A stretch of 64,000 nt of DNA from Octopus sinensis (Eukaryota): the NCBI RefSeq assembly GCF_006345805.1, contig NC_043005.1, positions 47,120,001 to 47,184,000 of the forward strand, written 5' to 3'. Positions 62,671 to 64,000 of the stretch are shown here, piece after piece. The position numbers were made by a program, and so were the translations under genes. Below the pieces are notes generated by a model. The model saw only the letters and a list, made by a program, of their open reading frames with translations, had not been told where the DNA came from and did no database searches. Numbering within the stretch: the stretch's first letter is position 1; the number at the start of each line of letters is the position of its first letter.

Positions 62671-63289
62671 TGTATTAATGTATGCATATGTACATATGCA
62701 GATATTGATGATTCTTATACATACACATACACCCGCACACACACATACTTAGATCTGTGTGTGTGCTTACATACATGTGCACGAGTGTGTGTGTGTGCGC
62801 GTGTGTATTTTATTATACGTACGTATATGCACGTATGCGCAAAAACGTGCGTGTTTTTGTATATATGCTTGAGTATTTATAGAATATGTTATGCACACGT
62901 GAATGTGTACATGATGAAAACGTAGGGAGAAAAAACAATTAGCTTTTCCTTTTATGTTTTCTTTTATACATTTCTGAAGATGAAAGAGCCGTTCATTTTG
63001 TCGGCCTTCCTTTTAAATAAGGTTTCATCTCAGCACAAATCCTATTAAACTCGGACATTGTTAGACGTTAGTCTGATGTTCTTTTCAACATACGGAATTA
63101 ACTTGGAATTGGTTAATTATTTTCCTTTCAATAAAGTAGCAGCATAGCGAAGGTGGACGTTGCACGTTTTCATATGGACCCCATGCTCACATATATGCAT
63201 ATGCATTTAAACACGTAAAAAGGATACATACATTACTTGCTCCCCTACATACATATGTGTGTGTGTGTGTTTGTGTATACGCACACTCA

Positions 63290-63384
63290 CACACACATAT
63301 ATATATATATATATACGTACATATATGTATATATATATATATTATATATATTATATATTATATATATACATATATATATATATC

Positions 63385-63415
<31 letters not shown>

Positions 63416-63540
63416 CATATATATATGTATATATATACGCACACTCACACAAATATATACGTACATATATGTGTGTGTGTATATATTTATATATATATGT
63501 ATATATATATGTACATATATATATATGTATACATACATGC
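63290..63540. repeat. Complex (TA)n array
   Basis: Direct reading. Confidence 0.9.
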
Positions 63541-64000
63541 GTGTATATGCATAATACACATATAGTTATCAGTCATACATATCAACAAGAAAACCATGAA
63601 ATTATTTATGTTAAACACATGCATGTAACCATGCAAGTGTCTATTCATTGCTCAAGGTACCTCGTATCTATCACAATTGCACACAGGCACACATTTATCA
63701 GAAAACATTAATCACTTACTGTAAGTTTATAAAAGCACTATACATACAATCTGTGCAACTATCGCCTCCACACTCACACACACACACATATGTACGTGCA
63801 CAGAGTTTCGTAATTGGAATACAAAAACTGCAATGGATTTTAGAAGTTTGTTGAAAGATTAAATGCAATTATGAAAAAAAAAAACATTTGTCACTAACAA
63901 ATCTACGTTTGTCACAAGCATTATTCCTTCCTCAACCACTCCCATCAATCGCACAATAAAGAACCATCCCACTTTCATCATCATCATCGTCGTCGTCGTT

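Overview
Eukaryotic, AT-rich, microsatellite-saturated DNA with one 100-N gap (22084-22183). The SINE and microsatellite make-up suggests a coleoid cephalopod (Octopus-like) genome; this is an inference, not a database match. No host protein-coding gene is recognisable; there is only one weak candidate signal-peptide exon (57834-57918). The long ORFs belong to non-LTR retrotransposons. (1) A Tx1-clade (L1-related, APE+RT) LINE family: a 3'-end stub at 531-656, a two-copy chimera at 8171-14010, and an older copy at ~27485-29355. The two young insertions are flanked on both sides by (GATA)n/(TATC)n. (2) A near full-length R4/Dong-like RT + restriction-like endonuclease element (42049-45909) embedded in (TAA)n, with a second R4-like family fragment next to it. 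The rest is at least four tRNA-derived SINE families, mariner/Tc1/maT relics, hAT and mariner MITEs, a non-autonomous Helitron, foldback/palindromic elements, and Penelope-LTR-like pieces with hammerhead-ribozyme-like motifs. Most interesting: apparent (TATC)n targeting by the Tx1 family, a SINE sharing the last ~45 nt of that Tx1 (a SINE-LINE pair visible within the window), a possibly intact (TAA)n-targeting R4 element, and several variant hammerhead cores. Most entries in the supplied ORF track are microsatellite artefacts.
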